From Myxococcota bacterium (GTDB taxonomy: Bacteria > Myxococcota_A > UBA796 > GCA-2862545), in NCBI GenBank assembly GCA_039208735.1, contig JBCCQY010000131.1, positions 1 through 25,986 on the forward strand: DNA of 25,986 bases, in the 5' to 3' direction. The position numbers and the translations under genes are program-made. Below are positions 1-9,188 of the stretch, in pieces. Below the pieces are notes generated by a model that ran no database searches, was not told the DNA's origin, and saw only the letters and a list, made by a program, of their open reading frames with translations. Within the stretch, counting starts at the first letter, position 1. Each line of letters starts with the position of its first letter.

Positions 1-451
1 CATTTCGATCATCGAACGGGGCTCGAACGACACGCCCGTGTCGGTGGTCGAAATGGTGGGCTTCAGCATGACCAAACAGGCGGCCCAAAAGGTCTACGAG
101 GCCGCTGGTGTGGGTCCCGAAGACGTGGATGTGGTGGAGTTGCATGATTGCTTCACCGCCAACGAGTTGCTCACCTACGAGGGCCTAGGACTCTGCGCGG
201 AAGGCGATGCCGAGCGGTTCATCTGGGATGAGGACAACACCTTTGGCGGCAAGTACGTCACCAATCCGTCGGGAGGATTGTTGTCCAAGGGCCATCCGCT
301 CGGAGCGACAGGCCTCGCCCAGTGCACCGAACTCGTGTGGCAGCTTCGAGGTCAGGCCGAGCAGCGGCAAGTCGACGGAGCACAGATCGCGTTGCAACAC
401 AACCTGGGCCTTGGTGGGGCCTGCGTCGTCACGATGTACCGGAAGAACTGA
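1..451 (+). CDS. SCP-x/lipid-transfer-type thiolase, C-terminal part (5' end outside window)
   Basis: Motifs [23 protein letters not shown] and QHNLGLGG are typical of SCP2-thiolases. The frame is open from base 2. Confidence 0.92.
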   Translation, partial: ISIIERGSNDTPVSVVEMVGFSMTKQAAQKVYEAAGVGPEDVDVVELHDCFTANELLTYEGLGLCAEGDAERFIWDEDNTFGGKYVTNPSGGLLSKGHPLGATGLAQCTELVWQLRGQAEQRQVDGAQIALQHNLGLGGACVVTMYRKN

Positions 452-460
452 GAGGGCGAA

Positions 461-1612
461 ATGTCATTTCCCAATGCCACATGGATGAGTGAAGAGCACA
501 CGGCCTACGCCGAGACGGTCCGTCAGTTCCTGGAAGCGGAACTCGCGCCGCACATCGAGGCGCACCGGGAAGCGGGCCTAGTGCCCCGAGACCTATGGAC
601 GAACGCCGGCGAACTGGGGCTTCTCGGAGCGACGATTCCCGAGGAATTCGGGGGTGCAGGTTGCCCAGATTCCTTCGACCTGATCACGATGTATGAACAG
701 GGTCGGATCGGGGATAGCGGCTGGGGCTTCGCTATCCAGACCATTGTTTCGCACTACATTCTCGCGTACGGCACCGATGCGCAAAAGGAGCGGTGGCTAC
801 CGAAGCTTGCCTCGGGCGAGCAGATTGCCGCCATCGCGATGACCGAGCCGGGAACGGGTTCAGACCTTCAGGGGGTGCGAACTAAGGCGGAGCGTGATGG
901 CGATCATTACGCGATCACAGGCGCCAAGACGTTCATCACCAACGGCCAGACCGCGAACCTCATCTGCGTGGTGGCCAAAACCGACGCTTCGCAGGGGGCG
1001 AACGGCACGTCGCTCATCATGGTCGAAACCGACACCGTGCAAGGCTTCCAGCGTGGCCGGAACCTCGAAAAGATCGGGATGAAGGGCGCGGATACGTCCG
1101 AACTGTTCTTCGAGGACTGCCGGGTGCCCGCCAATTTCGTACTGGGCGAAAAGGAAGGCCAAGGCTTCTTCCAGCTCATGCTGCAGCTGCCCTTTGAGCG
1201 TCTTGCCATTGGCGTCGGAGCGCTCGGGGCCATCGACTGCGCCATCGCGCACACCCTCGCTTACACGCGCGAGCGAAAGGCCTTTGGCCGGCAGATTTCC
1301 CGGTTTCAGAACACGCGGTTCAAGCTCGCCGAGGTGAAGACCAAGGCCGAGGTGTTGCGAAGCTTCATCGCCGATTGCATCGCCCGCCAGGACGCAGGAA
1401 CCCTCGATGCGGCCACGGCATCGATGGCCAAGTGGTGGGGAAGTGACGTGCAAGGTGAAGTGATCGACGAGTGCCTGCAGCTGTTTGGCGGCTACGGCTA
1501 CATGCTCGAGTACCCGATTGCGCACCTGTATACGGATGCCCGTGCCCAGCGGATCTATGGTGGAACCAATGAGATCATGAAGGAACTCATTGCCCGTTCG
1601 CTCGACCTCTAG
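461..1612 (+). CDS. acyl-CoA dehydrogenase (long-chain type)
   Basis: AMTEPGTGSDL, GAKTFITNG, CLQLFGGYGY and IYGGTNEIM motifs; 9 bp after the thiolase stop; GAGGG RBS. Confidence 0.96.
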   Translation: MSFPNATWMSEEHTAYAETVRQFLEAELAPHIEAHREAGLVPRDLWTNAGELGLLGATIPEEFGGAGCPDSFDLITMYEQGRIGDSGWGFAIQTIVSHYILAYGTDAQKERWLPKLASGEQIAAIAMTEPGTGSDLQGVRTKAERDGDHYAITGAKTFITNGQTANLICVVAKTDASQGANGTSLIMVETDTVQGFQRGRNLEKIGMKGADTSELFFEDCRVPANFVLGEKEGQGFFQLMLQLPFERLAIGVGALGAIDCAIAHTLAYTRERKAFGRQISRFQNTRFKLAEVKTKAEVLRSFIADCIARQDAGTLDAATASMAKWWGSDVQGEVIDECLQLFGGYGYMLEYPIAHLYTDARAQRIYGGTNEIMKELIARSLDL

Positions 1613-1700
1613 GATCGCTGCTGGCCAGGCTCAGCGGGCCGCGGTTGGTCGCCTGGATGGTCCGAAGGGGCGTGGCTGAGGACTGTGCTAGCATCGACCA

Positions 1701-3668
1701 ATGACATGCAGCCAATTCGGTCGATTCCAAACTCCAATTGCACGCAATCTCCTGTTGGTGGGTTTGGCCATCCACGCAGGCTGCAGTCAGGGACCGGCCA
1801 AGGTCTGCGACCCAGGGGAGCAGGTTCCGTCCTCCGTTACGCAGTGGGCACCGGTCGGGGCACGTACGGTGGGCGACTACGACTACGACGTCATCCCGGA
1901 GCCCAACGCCTTTCACACGATGCACGTCGGGCTCAACAACTCCGACAACGTCTGGACGGCAGTTGCTCCGCAGCTCGAGCTTGACTGGGTCGCCGAGTCG
2001 AGCTTTTACGTTCCGGAAGGGCCCACCTACGACGACCAGGGCAATCTCTACTTCAGCCCCCTCTTCCCGCAAGAAAATGTGTCGCTGGTCTCCCTCGACG
2101 CCGCGACCGGCGAGCGAAACTGGGAAATCATGGGCAACGACAACAACAACAACGCAGGTAGCGGCGCCATCTTGATCCTGGACGACCCGAGCCGCGAGGG
2201 TGAACAGGTCATTTACCACCTCACCTACACCCAGGCGATGGCGCTCAGGCCTGACAAGACCATCCTCTGGCAGACGCCAACCGGACTCGATCTTCCCCCG
2301 GTCGTGGAAGGCGAACGCTCGACCACCCACTCGTTTGGCTTCAACTATCACCCGCGGACCGACACCGTGGTCGGTCTCATGATGGGCGGAGAAACGCTCG
2401 CTTTCGATCGGACGACCGGCAGTTTGGTCGCCACAGGGCAGATCCCGGGTTCGCCGGCGGTCAGCGAGCCCGCCGCGCTTCCCCAGACCGTCATCGACGC
2501 CTCCAATGCGCTGACCGATGAGGTGTTTGGGCAGACGCCGAGTGGACTGAGCTTCTTCTCGGTCATCATCGACGTGATCTTCGGCGGGGGTTCGGTGATC
2601 ACGAACTACTTCGCCGTCGACCCCAATACGAGTCGCATCTACATCGCGGCCACCGACGAAGATGCGGCTGACGGCACCATGGACGGCCTTTCAGAACGCG
2701 GTGCCCTCTATTCGCTAGAACTCGCCGACGATGGAAACGGAAGTCTCGAGTTTCGCATCCTGAACCAGATTAGCTTCACGGGCGGAACCGGCTCTACCCC
2801 CTCTGTGAGCGAAGATGGAGCCCGCGTCTACATCTCCGACAACGTCGGCAACGTCATTGCTCTCGATCGCGAGCTGACGGAACGTTGGCGCTACGAACTC
2901 GACACTCCTGTGGCTGCCTCCATCGGAGTGTCACCCGACAACCGCGAGATCTATGCTGTCACCCGCACCGACGTGTTTAAGCTCATCGATGAGGGAGACC
3001 GCGCGACGTTGGATTGGGTGGCCACGCTCGATGCGTTTGCCGACGATCCCGAGATCGACCTGGAGTTCCAAGCCCTTACCCCCACCCTCACCGCCAACGG
3101 CATCGCAATTAGCATTGGCGGAGGTTTAGTATTGGCCGAGCGCGAACTCATGCTGAAGGTCGGAATCGGCCTGCTCGATCGCAAAACCGGCGAACTACGC
3201 TCGTTCACGCTCGGCCGAGAGGAGTCGATCGCCGTGACCAGCGTGAGCCCCGATGGCGGGATCTACACGGCCAACTCGCCGGTCCGGCGGGCGAGTGGCA
3301 AGGCCCTCGACTTCCAAGGCGTCGCCGAAGACATCATCGGAGGGATTTCGAGGTACAAGCCTGTCCGAAACGATCTGCTTGCGCGCGACGCGACCTGCGC
3401 TGCGGGCGTGCGAGCCCGTAACGCCGCCACAGTGACCGACGCTTCCGCTGCGTCCGCAGAGGAGGACATCCGACAGATTCGCGTGTTGATCGATCAAGCC
3501 CGAGCGGCGCTCGGCCGAGCGGTGGTCGATGGCGATCTCGACGAAGCGAACGCCGTCGCCACCGACGATGAGTTGGACGCGATTGCGGCGAGCCTGTCGC
3601 TGGCAAACCTGTCGTGTGCGGGCAACGATCTCGTGCGGGTGTGCAGGGACCTCGACGCTGCCCGTTAG
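1701..3668 (+). CDS. secreted lipoprotein with PQQ-like beta-propeller repeats and an Ala-rich helical C-terminus
   Basis: Hydrophobic stretch ending HAGC. Blade-like segments SLDAATGERNW, AFDRTTGSLV, STPSVSEDGARVYISDNVGNVIALD and LLDRKTGEL. Confidence 0.75.
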   Translation: MTCSQFGRFQTPIARNLLLVGLAIHAGCSQGPAKVCDPGEQVPSSVTQWAPVGARTVGDYDYDVIPEPNAFHTMHVGLNNSDNVWTAVAPQLELDWVAESSFYVPEGPTYDDQGNLYFSPLFPQENVSLVSLDAATGERNWEIMGNDNNNNAGSGAILILDDPSREGEQVIYHLTYTQAMALRPDKTILWQTPTGLDLPPVVEGERSTTHSFGFNYHPRTDTVVGLMMGGETLAFDRTTGSLVATGQIPGSPAVSEPAALPQTVIDASNALTDEVFGQTPSGLSFFSVIIDVIFGGGSVITNYFAVDPNTSRIYIAATDEDAADGTMDGLSERGALYSLELADDGNGSLEFRILNQISFTGGTGSTPSVSEDGARVYISDNVGNVIALDRELTERWRYELDTPVAASIGVSPDNREIYAVTRTDVFKLIDEGDRATLDWVATLDAFADDPEIDLEFQALTPTLTANGIAISIGGGLVLAERELMLKVGIGLLDRKTGELRSFTLGREESIAVTSVSPDGGIYTANSPVRRASGKALDFQGVAEDIIGGISRYKPVRNDLLARDATCAAGVRARNAATVTDASAASAEEDIRQIRVLIDQARAALGRAVVDGDLDEANAVATDDELDAIAASLSLANLSCAGNDLVRVCRDLDAAR

Positions 3669-3675
3669 TCACGCC

Positions 3676-4410
3676 TCATGCTGACTCGCGAAGGTGGAGC
3701 GGCCAAAAGTCGAGGATTGGCATCACGACATCCGTGACGAGGTCTTCGGTGAGCTGAGTCCTATCGTCCGTAGGCTCCCGAGGTGCGAGCGGCACCGTCA
3801 CCGAGAGGTCGTACCAGTAGAATGCGGCGTTCGTGGCTTGCGTAGCCTTCGACAAGAACTCCGTCATCGACGTAGCATCCAAGGTGCTCGCGAGCGGACC
3901 AATCGTGACCATGGCGGACTGGTTGATCACCTTCCACTGGTGTGCATCGAAGACAACCCAGTCCTTCACCCGACGCTCATATTGTTGCGTCTGAGTGGGC
4001 ATCGCGCCGAGGGCAGGTGCCTCCAACGTCACCTGTGGCCTGTGCTCAGCAAGGCGTTCAACGAGTTCACCGAACCGAGGCCCACGCATGCGCTGGGTGA
4101 CCGGCGTCCAGTCCCAGTCGCGGACACCATCTAGCCAGAACTTCATCGGATGCCCGACGCCCCCTTCATCCTGGAGGCCCTTCTCCACCACGAACCCGAC
4201 CTCGATGGGATCGAGGGGAGTCGGCCGACGTACGCACAGCTTGGCGATGGGGTGCGCAGGGCTTCCCTCCCGAGAGAGCCACCACGTGCTGTCGGTACTG
4301 TCGTACCGGTTGTAGGGGAATACCGCAGGAAATACCCGATCGCGGCCGCGGAGTTCTTGGGCTAGCGCCTTGGCGATCGCCTGGGTTGAGTCGTGGGGTT
4401 GACGCGCCAT
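3676..4410 (-). CDS. hypothetical soluble protein, Trp-rich
   Basis: The only long ORF filling the gap, with protein-like composition. Likely start is ATG 4410 after GAGGA. Confidence 0.7.
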   Translation of the reverse strand: MARQPHDSTQAIAKALAQELRGRDRVFPAVFPYNRYDSTDSTWWLSREGSPAHPIAKLCVRRPTPLDPIEVGFVVEKGLQDEGGVGHPMKFWLDGVRDWDWTPVTQRMRGPRFGELVERLAEHRPQVTLEAPALGAMPTQTQQYERRVKDWVVFDAHQWKVINQSAMVTIGPLASTLDATSMTEFLSKATQATNAAFYWYDLSVTVPLAPREPTDDRTQLTEDLVTDVVMPILDFWPLHLRESA

Positions 4411-4577
4411 GCTTCCTCGAGAGTACCTCAACGAGGAAGGGCGTAGGTGTCCAGCCGAAGCATTGTTGATTCAAGCGGAGAGCCATTGACCTGATATACG
4501 TTCACGTCATCGACGACTGCTAGGCGACAACCCGGCCGCGGGGTCTCTGCGCGCCACGACCGACCGCGGATATCCCA

Positions 4578-5450
4578 GTGCGCTACGAAGGAAAGCTCTA
4601 CCGACCGCCGTCCGAGGCCGACAGCTACATCCTCCAGGCCACGATCGGGTGCAGCTGGAACCACTGCACCTACTGCGACATGTACCGGGACAAAACGTAC
4701 CGGGTTCGGGACCTCACGCAGACCCTCCAAGACATCGCCATGGCAGGCGAGGTGTTGCGAGGGCGAGTGCGCAAGGTGTTCGTTGCCGACGGCGATGCCC
4801 TGGCCATGGATGTGGCGACGTGGGAGCCCATCCTCGAGGCCCTGCCGCAGGCGTTGGGACCGCTCAAGCGGGTGAGCTGCTACGCCACGGCGGGGAATGT
4901 GCTCGAGAAGACCGACGCAGAACTCGCCCGCTTGACGGAACTCGGCCTTACACGTCTCTACATCGGGCCCGAGTCGGGTGATGAGGTCACCCTCAAGCGC
5001 ATCGCGAAAGGGGCCACGTTCGACGACCACGTGCAAGCCGCACAGAAGGCCCATGGGGCGGGAATGGAGCTTTCCGTCATCGCCTTGCTCGGCGCCGGCG
5101 GGCGCGAACGGTCGGAGGCCCACGCCGCAGGAACGGCCGAGCTGGTCACGCGGATGGACCCCGCCTACTTCGCCGCCCTGACCCTATCGGTGATTCCGTC
5201 CACCCCTCAGGCGAAGCTGCAGGCGACAGGCCGCTTTGAACTTCCGGACGTACCTCAGCTCCTCGGCGAACTCCGCACCATCCTCGACCAGGCCCGACCG
5301 ACAGACGCCGTGTTTCGAACCAACCACGCTTCGAATTACTTGCCGTTGCGAGGCCGGTTGCCCCACGACCGTCACACCTTGGTCGCCCTGCTGGACCGCG
5401 CCCTAGCGGGAGAAATTCCACTCCGACCCGAGGCGCTACGAGGGCTCTGA
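4578..5450 (+). CDS. radical SAM protein, stand-alone (YRPPSEA subfamily)
   Basis: CSWNHCTYC is the CxxxCxxC motif; also YIGPESG and FRTNHASNYLPL. No SPASM or B12-binding domain is visible. Confidence 0.92.
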   Translation: MRYEGKLYRPPSEADSYILQATIGCSWNHCTYCDMYRDKTYRVRDLTQTLQDIAMAGEVLRGRVRKVFVADGDALAMDVATWEPILEALPQALGPLKRVSCYATAGNVLEKTDAELARLTELGLTRLYIGPESGDEVTLKRIAKGATFDDHVQAAQKAHGAGMELSVIALLGAGGRERSEAHAAGTAELVTRMDPAYFAALTLSVIPSTPQAKLQATGRFELPDVPQLLGELRTILDQARPTDAVFRTNHASNYLPLRGRLPHDRHTLVALLDRALAGEIPLRPEALRGL

Positions 5451-5485
5451 GGTGTCCAACGGTTACCGCCAACGGAGAACGCCCG

Positions 5486-5764
5486 ATGTTTGCCTCCCTC
5501 TTCCTCGCTTGGTCCTCGCTCTACTCCTGCATTGTGATCGTCGAAGACGGGGTCCTTTACGACTGCACCTGCGATGTGGTGTTCGATGACTACGCCTACT
5601 ACGGCCTGACCGATTTCTACGACGTGACCACCTGCGACCCGTCAGGGGCGGTGGTTGCGGTGAGCGACAGTGTGGCACTCGATTGCGTCAGTGTGTATTC
5701 GGACGGTGGCTACTACTATGCTGCTTGCGACTGTGTTTGTACGGAGAGCTTGGTTGACTGTTAA
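5486..5764 (+). CDS. small Cys/Asp/Tyr-rich exported protein, probable lipoprotein
   Basis: GGAGA RBS; hydrophobic N-terminus ending LYSC; CxC motifs; no Lys or Arg. Confidence 0.7.
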   Translation: MFASLFLAWSSLYSCIVIVEDGVLYDCTCDVVFDDYAYYGLTDFYDVTTCDPSGAVVAVSDSVALDCVSVYSDGGYYYAACDCVCTESLVDC

Positions 5765-5843
5765 CCAGCTTGCAGGAGCGAAGCGACGAAAGCTGGCCGC
5801 GTAGTGCCTGCAGGCGCGTGGCGCCGAAGGCTAGCGGCTGAGA

Positions 5844-6602
5844 TTATAACTTCGATGCAGAATAAGGCAACACCAAGCACCGTCTGACGTTCGCTGGCCT
5901 ATAGACGGTGAGACCTCGTTCTTGCGCCAACCTATGAAGCGAGCCCGTTTGTGTGACGACCATCTCGAGGTCAGGGAAACGGTCGAACAACGCGGCCCGG
6001 GCTCCCCGAACGAGATCATCAATCCACAGTCGGCGAACTCCGGGAAGCTCGGGCCATGCCAGGTGAGCGTTATCGGTCTGCACCGTGATGGTGAGGGCCT
6101 CGAGCCCCAGACAGCTGCGGGACTGCAAAAACGCCACCCAGTCGATGAGCAGGCGATTCTCCAGGTCCAACGCACGCACAAACCCTCGCATCCAGAACGC
6201 CATGGCCGAATCCACGAGGTCGTGGGGCAGCGACAGGGACTCGACATACGCACTCAAGGCCCGTCGATAGCGGAGCCGAGCCCTGGGTGAGGGACTGCGT
6301 CGCCAGGCCGCACGCAACAAGGCCCCGTGCGGCGACCCCTGCTCGGCCAACGAGTCCGCGTACACTTCAGCCGCCTGACGACTTTCGGGATCCGCTAGAA
6401 TCGCAGCCTCGAGACTTGGTTCACGGCGTTCCTTTTTGTGCAGGGCGTTCAGTACGGGCGTACCGTCATGAAGGGCCTGAACCACCTGGTCGAGGCGCCC
6501 CCTGCGCCACCAGGCCGCCTCGATCGCCTCGGACGACCCGTACAGCATCCCGAGGGCTTGAAGGAGGGCCTGATCGACGTTGGGGTGGGTGCCTCCCTCC
6601 AT
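5844..6602 (-). CDS. TIGR02996-like domain protein with a degenerate LRR-like C-terminus
   Basis: LEAAILADPESRQAAEVYADSLAEQGSPHGALL resembles the TIGR02996 consensus. It is followed by WMRGFVRALDL and LxxL repeats. Confidence 0.7.
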   Translation of the reverse strand: MEGGTHPNVDQALLQALGMLYGSSEAIEAAWWRRGRLDQVVQALHDGTPVLNALHKKERREPSLEAAILADPESRQAAEVYADSLAEQGSPHGALLRAAWRRSPSPRARLRYRRALSAYVESLSLPHDLVDSAMAFWMRGFVRALDLENRLLIDWVAFLQSRSCLGLEALTITVQTDNAHLAWPELPGVRRLWIDDLVRGARAALFDRFPDLEMVVTQTGSLHRLAQERGLTVYRPANVRRCLVLPYSASKL

Positions 6603-6779
6603 TCGCGGCTGGAAGACCCTCCAGGAACCGGGTTAGCGCATCCCTGGCCAGGTCGAACGGCAACAAACGAACCTGATGGTGCAGCTCGATGGTGCCCAGG
6701 AAAAGGCTCGGCTTACGCGGCATACCATCTTCTAGCCGTTTCGTGAAAGCGCAACGGCCCAAGCCAGGTATCGAGTGTC

Positions 6780-7148
6780 ATGAACGCATGGATCGCTACC
6801 GCTTGGGTTTCCTTAGGCCTCATTCATGTCCTGCCTGCGGCCGTCGTGGTCCGCCCCGGGCTGACCCAACGCCTGTACGGGGTGCCCGCCGATGGCGAAG
6901 TGGGCGTGCTCCTGGTTCACCGAGGCGTCCTGTTCCTCGCCATCGTCGCCGTGACCGCGCTTGCCACGCTCGACCCGACGGCTCGCCGGGCGGCATCATT
7001 GGTTGTAGCCATTAGCGTGGTAGGTTTCCTCGTGGCCTACACCTCCGCGGGCAGCCCACAAGGCGCATTACGTACGATCGCAATCGTCGATGCGATCGCC
7101 CTTCTACCCTTGGGATTGGTGCTGTTCGATGCCTGGCGACCCGCGTAG
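6780..7148 (+). CDS. small integral membrane protein (about 4 TM)
   Basis: Four hydrophobic segments; IHVLPA, RLYGV and LLVHRGVLF motifs. Confidence 0.8.
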   Translation: MNAWIATAWVSLGLIHVLPAAVVVRPGLTQRLYGVPADGEVGVLLVHRGVLFLAIVAVTALATLDPTARRAASLVVAISVVGFLVAYTSAGSPQGALRTIAIVDAIALLPLGLVLFDAWRPA

Positions 7149-7848
7149 CCCCACCATCTGCATCCGAGGGGCTCGTGCGGCCTATATCGGCCCAAGTTTC
7201 GCCCTTGCTCCGCACACCAATGCAGTGGCCACCGTCGCCATCGCGCTGGAAATCCCCTTCCAATTCGCCGTCGCGGGCTCGATCTACGAAACCCATTGGG
7301 TCACGCTCATTCCACCAGGCGTCGAACATCACCTCGTAGCGGTAGGCCCCATGGTGTTTCTCTATCTGGACGCCGCGGAAGACGACTACGCCCAGTTGGC
7401 CCAAACGACCTTGGTAAACCGGCACTCCGCCTTGGTTCAACACGTCGTCGATGAGCCACCCAGGCTCGAGGGGTTGTTCGCTCGCCTCGGAGTGCCGCCG
7501 CGACCGCCCCCCGCTCCTCACATCGCTCGCGCCCTGCGGATCCTTGAAACCCCGCCGCGCGACGGCATTCGGCTTGCCGAGGTGGCTCAAGTGGCCGACC
7601 TCTCGGCATCGCGCTTTCGCCACGCGATCCGCGAACTCACAGGCCTGACCTTTCGTCGGTACCGACGTTGGCGAAGGTTGGCGGTGGTCATTCGGTCGCT
7701 TGCCCAGGGTCAGGATCTGACGTCCGCCGCGTTCTCCGCCGGATTCTCGAGTTCCGCACACCTAAGCACGTCGTTCAAGGCGACGTTCGGCCTCCGACCA
7801 TCGGATCTCATCAAAGCAGGAACCACCTACGACGTCGACGGTGCTTGA
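7129..7848 (+). CDS. AraC family transcriptional regulator
   Basis: N-terminal cupin-like LIPPGVEH; HTH LAEVAQVADLSASRFRH...AAFSAGFSSSAHLSTSFKATFG. Start placed at ATG 7129 (alternative 7090). Confidence 0.92.
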   Translation: MPGDPRSPTICIRGARAAYIGPSFALAPHTNAVATVAIALEIPFQFAVAGSIYETHWVTLIPPGVEHHLVAVGPMVFLYLDAAEDDYAQLAQTTLVNRHSALVQHVVDEPPRLEGLFARLGVPPRPPPAPHIARALRILETPPRDGIRLAEVAQVADLSASRFRHAIRELTGLTFRRYRRWRRLAVVIRSLAQGQDLTSAAFSAGFSSSAHLSTSFKATFGLRPSDLIKAGTTYDVDGA

Positions 7849-7869
7849 ACGAACGGCTACAGACTAGCC

Positions 7870-7985
7870 ATGGAAACGCTTGCGCCACGGCTGTTTATGC
7901 GCCCCCGGACCCTCACGGGTTCGGGGGGCGCGGCCCGGTAGGCCTGGCGTCCCTGTTCTCGCGGTCCGGGGGATGGCTTCACCCC
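7870..7985 (+). promoter_or_regulatory. putative structured 5' leader / attenuator with a 23-aa uORF (7870-7941)
   Basis: Hairpin at 7899-7931. An alternative perfect 10-bp pairing joins 7902-7911 (CCCCCGGACC) with 7963-7972 (GGTCCGGGGG). The uORF METLAPRLFMRPRTLTGSGGAAR* spans the first stem. Confidence 0.55.
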
Positions 7986-8006
7986 TTACCCAACCTCGAG
8001 GACACG

Positions 8007-9113
8007 ATGAAAACCCTATCGAACGCTGCTTACCGGCGCGCAGTAGCCCTGCGCGACCTCACGGATCCCCGCCACGGGACGCACGCCATGCAGCTCCTGC
8101 TGCAGGCCATGACCACCGCCCTACAAACGCCGTGGCAAACCCAGGTCATCGAGCACCGGGCAAACCCCGTTGTTCCTATTGAAGACAATTACGATCGGCT
8201 TCATTATCCGCCCGACGGTGCAGCACGAGGCGCTCGCTACACGCGCTATGTCAGCGAACGACTGATGCTGCGCACCCAAACGTCAGCCATGATTCCCGAG
8301 CTGCTCTGTCGCGTAGGTCCGGAACCAGTTGACGTCTTGCTCGTGTGCCCAGGCCTCGTGTATCGACGCGATGCGATCGACCGATTGCACACCGGTGAGC
8401 CACACCAAGTCGATCTGTGGCGAATCCGAACCGGACCGCCCCTCACCAGAACCGATCTCGACCAGATGGTCGCCTGCGTCGTCGAGGCGGCACTGCCCGG
8501 CCGAACCTGGCGCACTCCGGCCGCCCAACATCCCTACACGGTCGACGGTCTCGAGATCGAAGTGATGTCGGCCGGGGGCCCCATCGAAATAGGCGAGTGT
8601 GGCCTCGCGCTGCCGGCGCTCCTCGCCGCATCGGGTCTCGATCCGAGTCGAACGTCGGGTCTGGCTATGGGACTGGGCCTCGATCGGCTGCTCATGCAAC
8701 GCAAAGGCATCGACGACATTCGGCAATTGTGGTCAACGGACCCTCGTGTGGTGGCTCAAATGTCGGACCTCACGCCCTTCACCGAAGTATCGCATCACCC
8801 ACCGGCGTACCGAGATCTCTCCTTGGTCGTCACGACGGGACTCGATCAAGAACTGCTCGGCGACCGCGTCCGGGATGTCCTACAGACGGATGCCGCAGCC
8901 GTGGAGGCCCTCGAGGTTCGGTCAAGAACCTCCTACGCTGCACTTCCCGAAGGTGCAAGAAAGCGGCTTGGTCTCAACCAAGAACAAGAGAACCTCTTGT
9001 TACGCGTCGTGTTTCGTCACCCCGATCGAACGCTGACGAGTGAACAGGCGAACATCCTTCGCAATCGCGTGTATCTGGCCCTACACGAAGGGCCGAACTC
9101 CGAACTCGCCTGA
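8007..9113 (+). CDS. srmL: monomeric PheRS-like ligase: PheS-type catalytic domain plus C-terminal FDX-ACB domain (resembles the 'PheS-related mystery ligase' SrmL family)
   Basis: MLRTQTSA; motif 2 YRRDAIDRLHTGEPHQVD; EIGECG; motif 3 GLAMGLGLDRL; FDX-ACB PPAYRDLS...FRHPDRTLT. GAGGA RBS precedes ATG 8007. The symbol is recalled from memory. Confidence 0.8.
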   Translation: MKTLSNAAYRRAVALRDLTDPRHGTHAMQLLLQAMTTALQTPWQTQVIEHRANPVVPIEDNYDRLHYPPDGAARGARYTRYVSERLMLRTQTSAMIPELLCRVGPEPVDVLLVCPGLVYRRDAIDRLHTGEPHQVDLWRIRTGPPLTRTDLDQMVACVVEAALPGRTWRTPAAQHPYTVDGLEIEVMSAGGPIEIGECGLALPALLAASGLDPSRTSGLAMGLGLDRLLMQRKGIDDIRQLWSTDPRVVAQMSDLTPFTEVSHHPPAYRDLSLVVTTGLDQELLGDRVRDVLQTDAAAVEALEVRSRTSYAALPEGARKRLGLNQEQENLLLRVVFRHPDRTLTSEQANILRNRVYLALHEGPNSELA

Positions 9114-9188
9114 CGCAAGACGCTCCACATCCCATCCACACGCAACGCCTACTTCTCTATCCAGAACGGATGTTTCTGGAGGCCCCCG

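Noticed and set aside
4578..5764. Canonical radical SAM RiPP (ranthipeptide/sactipeptide) cluster
   Set aside because: No SPASM/twitch, RRE, peptidase or transporter, and the peptide has an export-like N-terminus. Kept only as a low-interest finding.
5765..5843. Bidirectional terminator between convergent genes (CCAGCTT...AAGCTGG)
   Set aside because: Short stem, large loop and no U-tracts; too weak to call.
7899..7931. Simple intrinsic terminator of the AraC gene, tRNA or T-box
   Set aside because: No U-tract, no cloverleaf and no recognisable T-box motif. The competing pairing fits a switch better, though a plain stabilising hairpin is not excluded.
7668..8006. 113-aa N-terminal extension of the PheRS-like ORF in the track
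   Set aside because: It overlaps the AraC gene and the structured leader. Family similarity and an RBS begin at ATG 8007.
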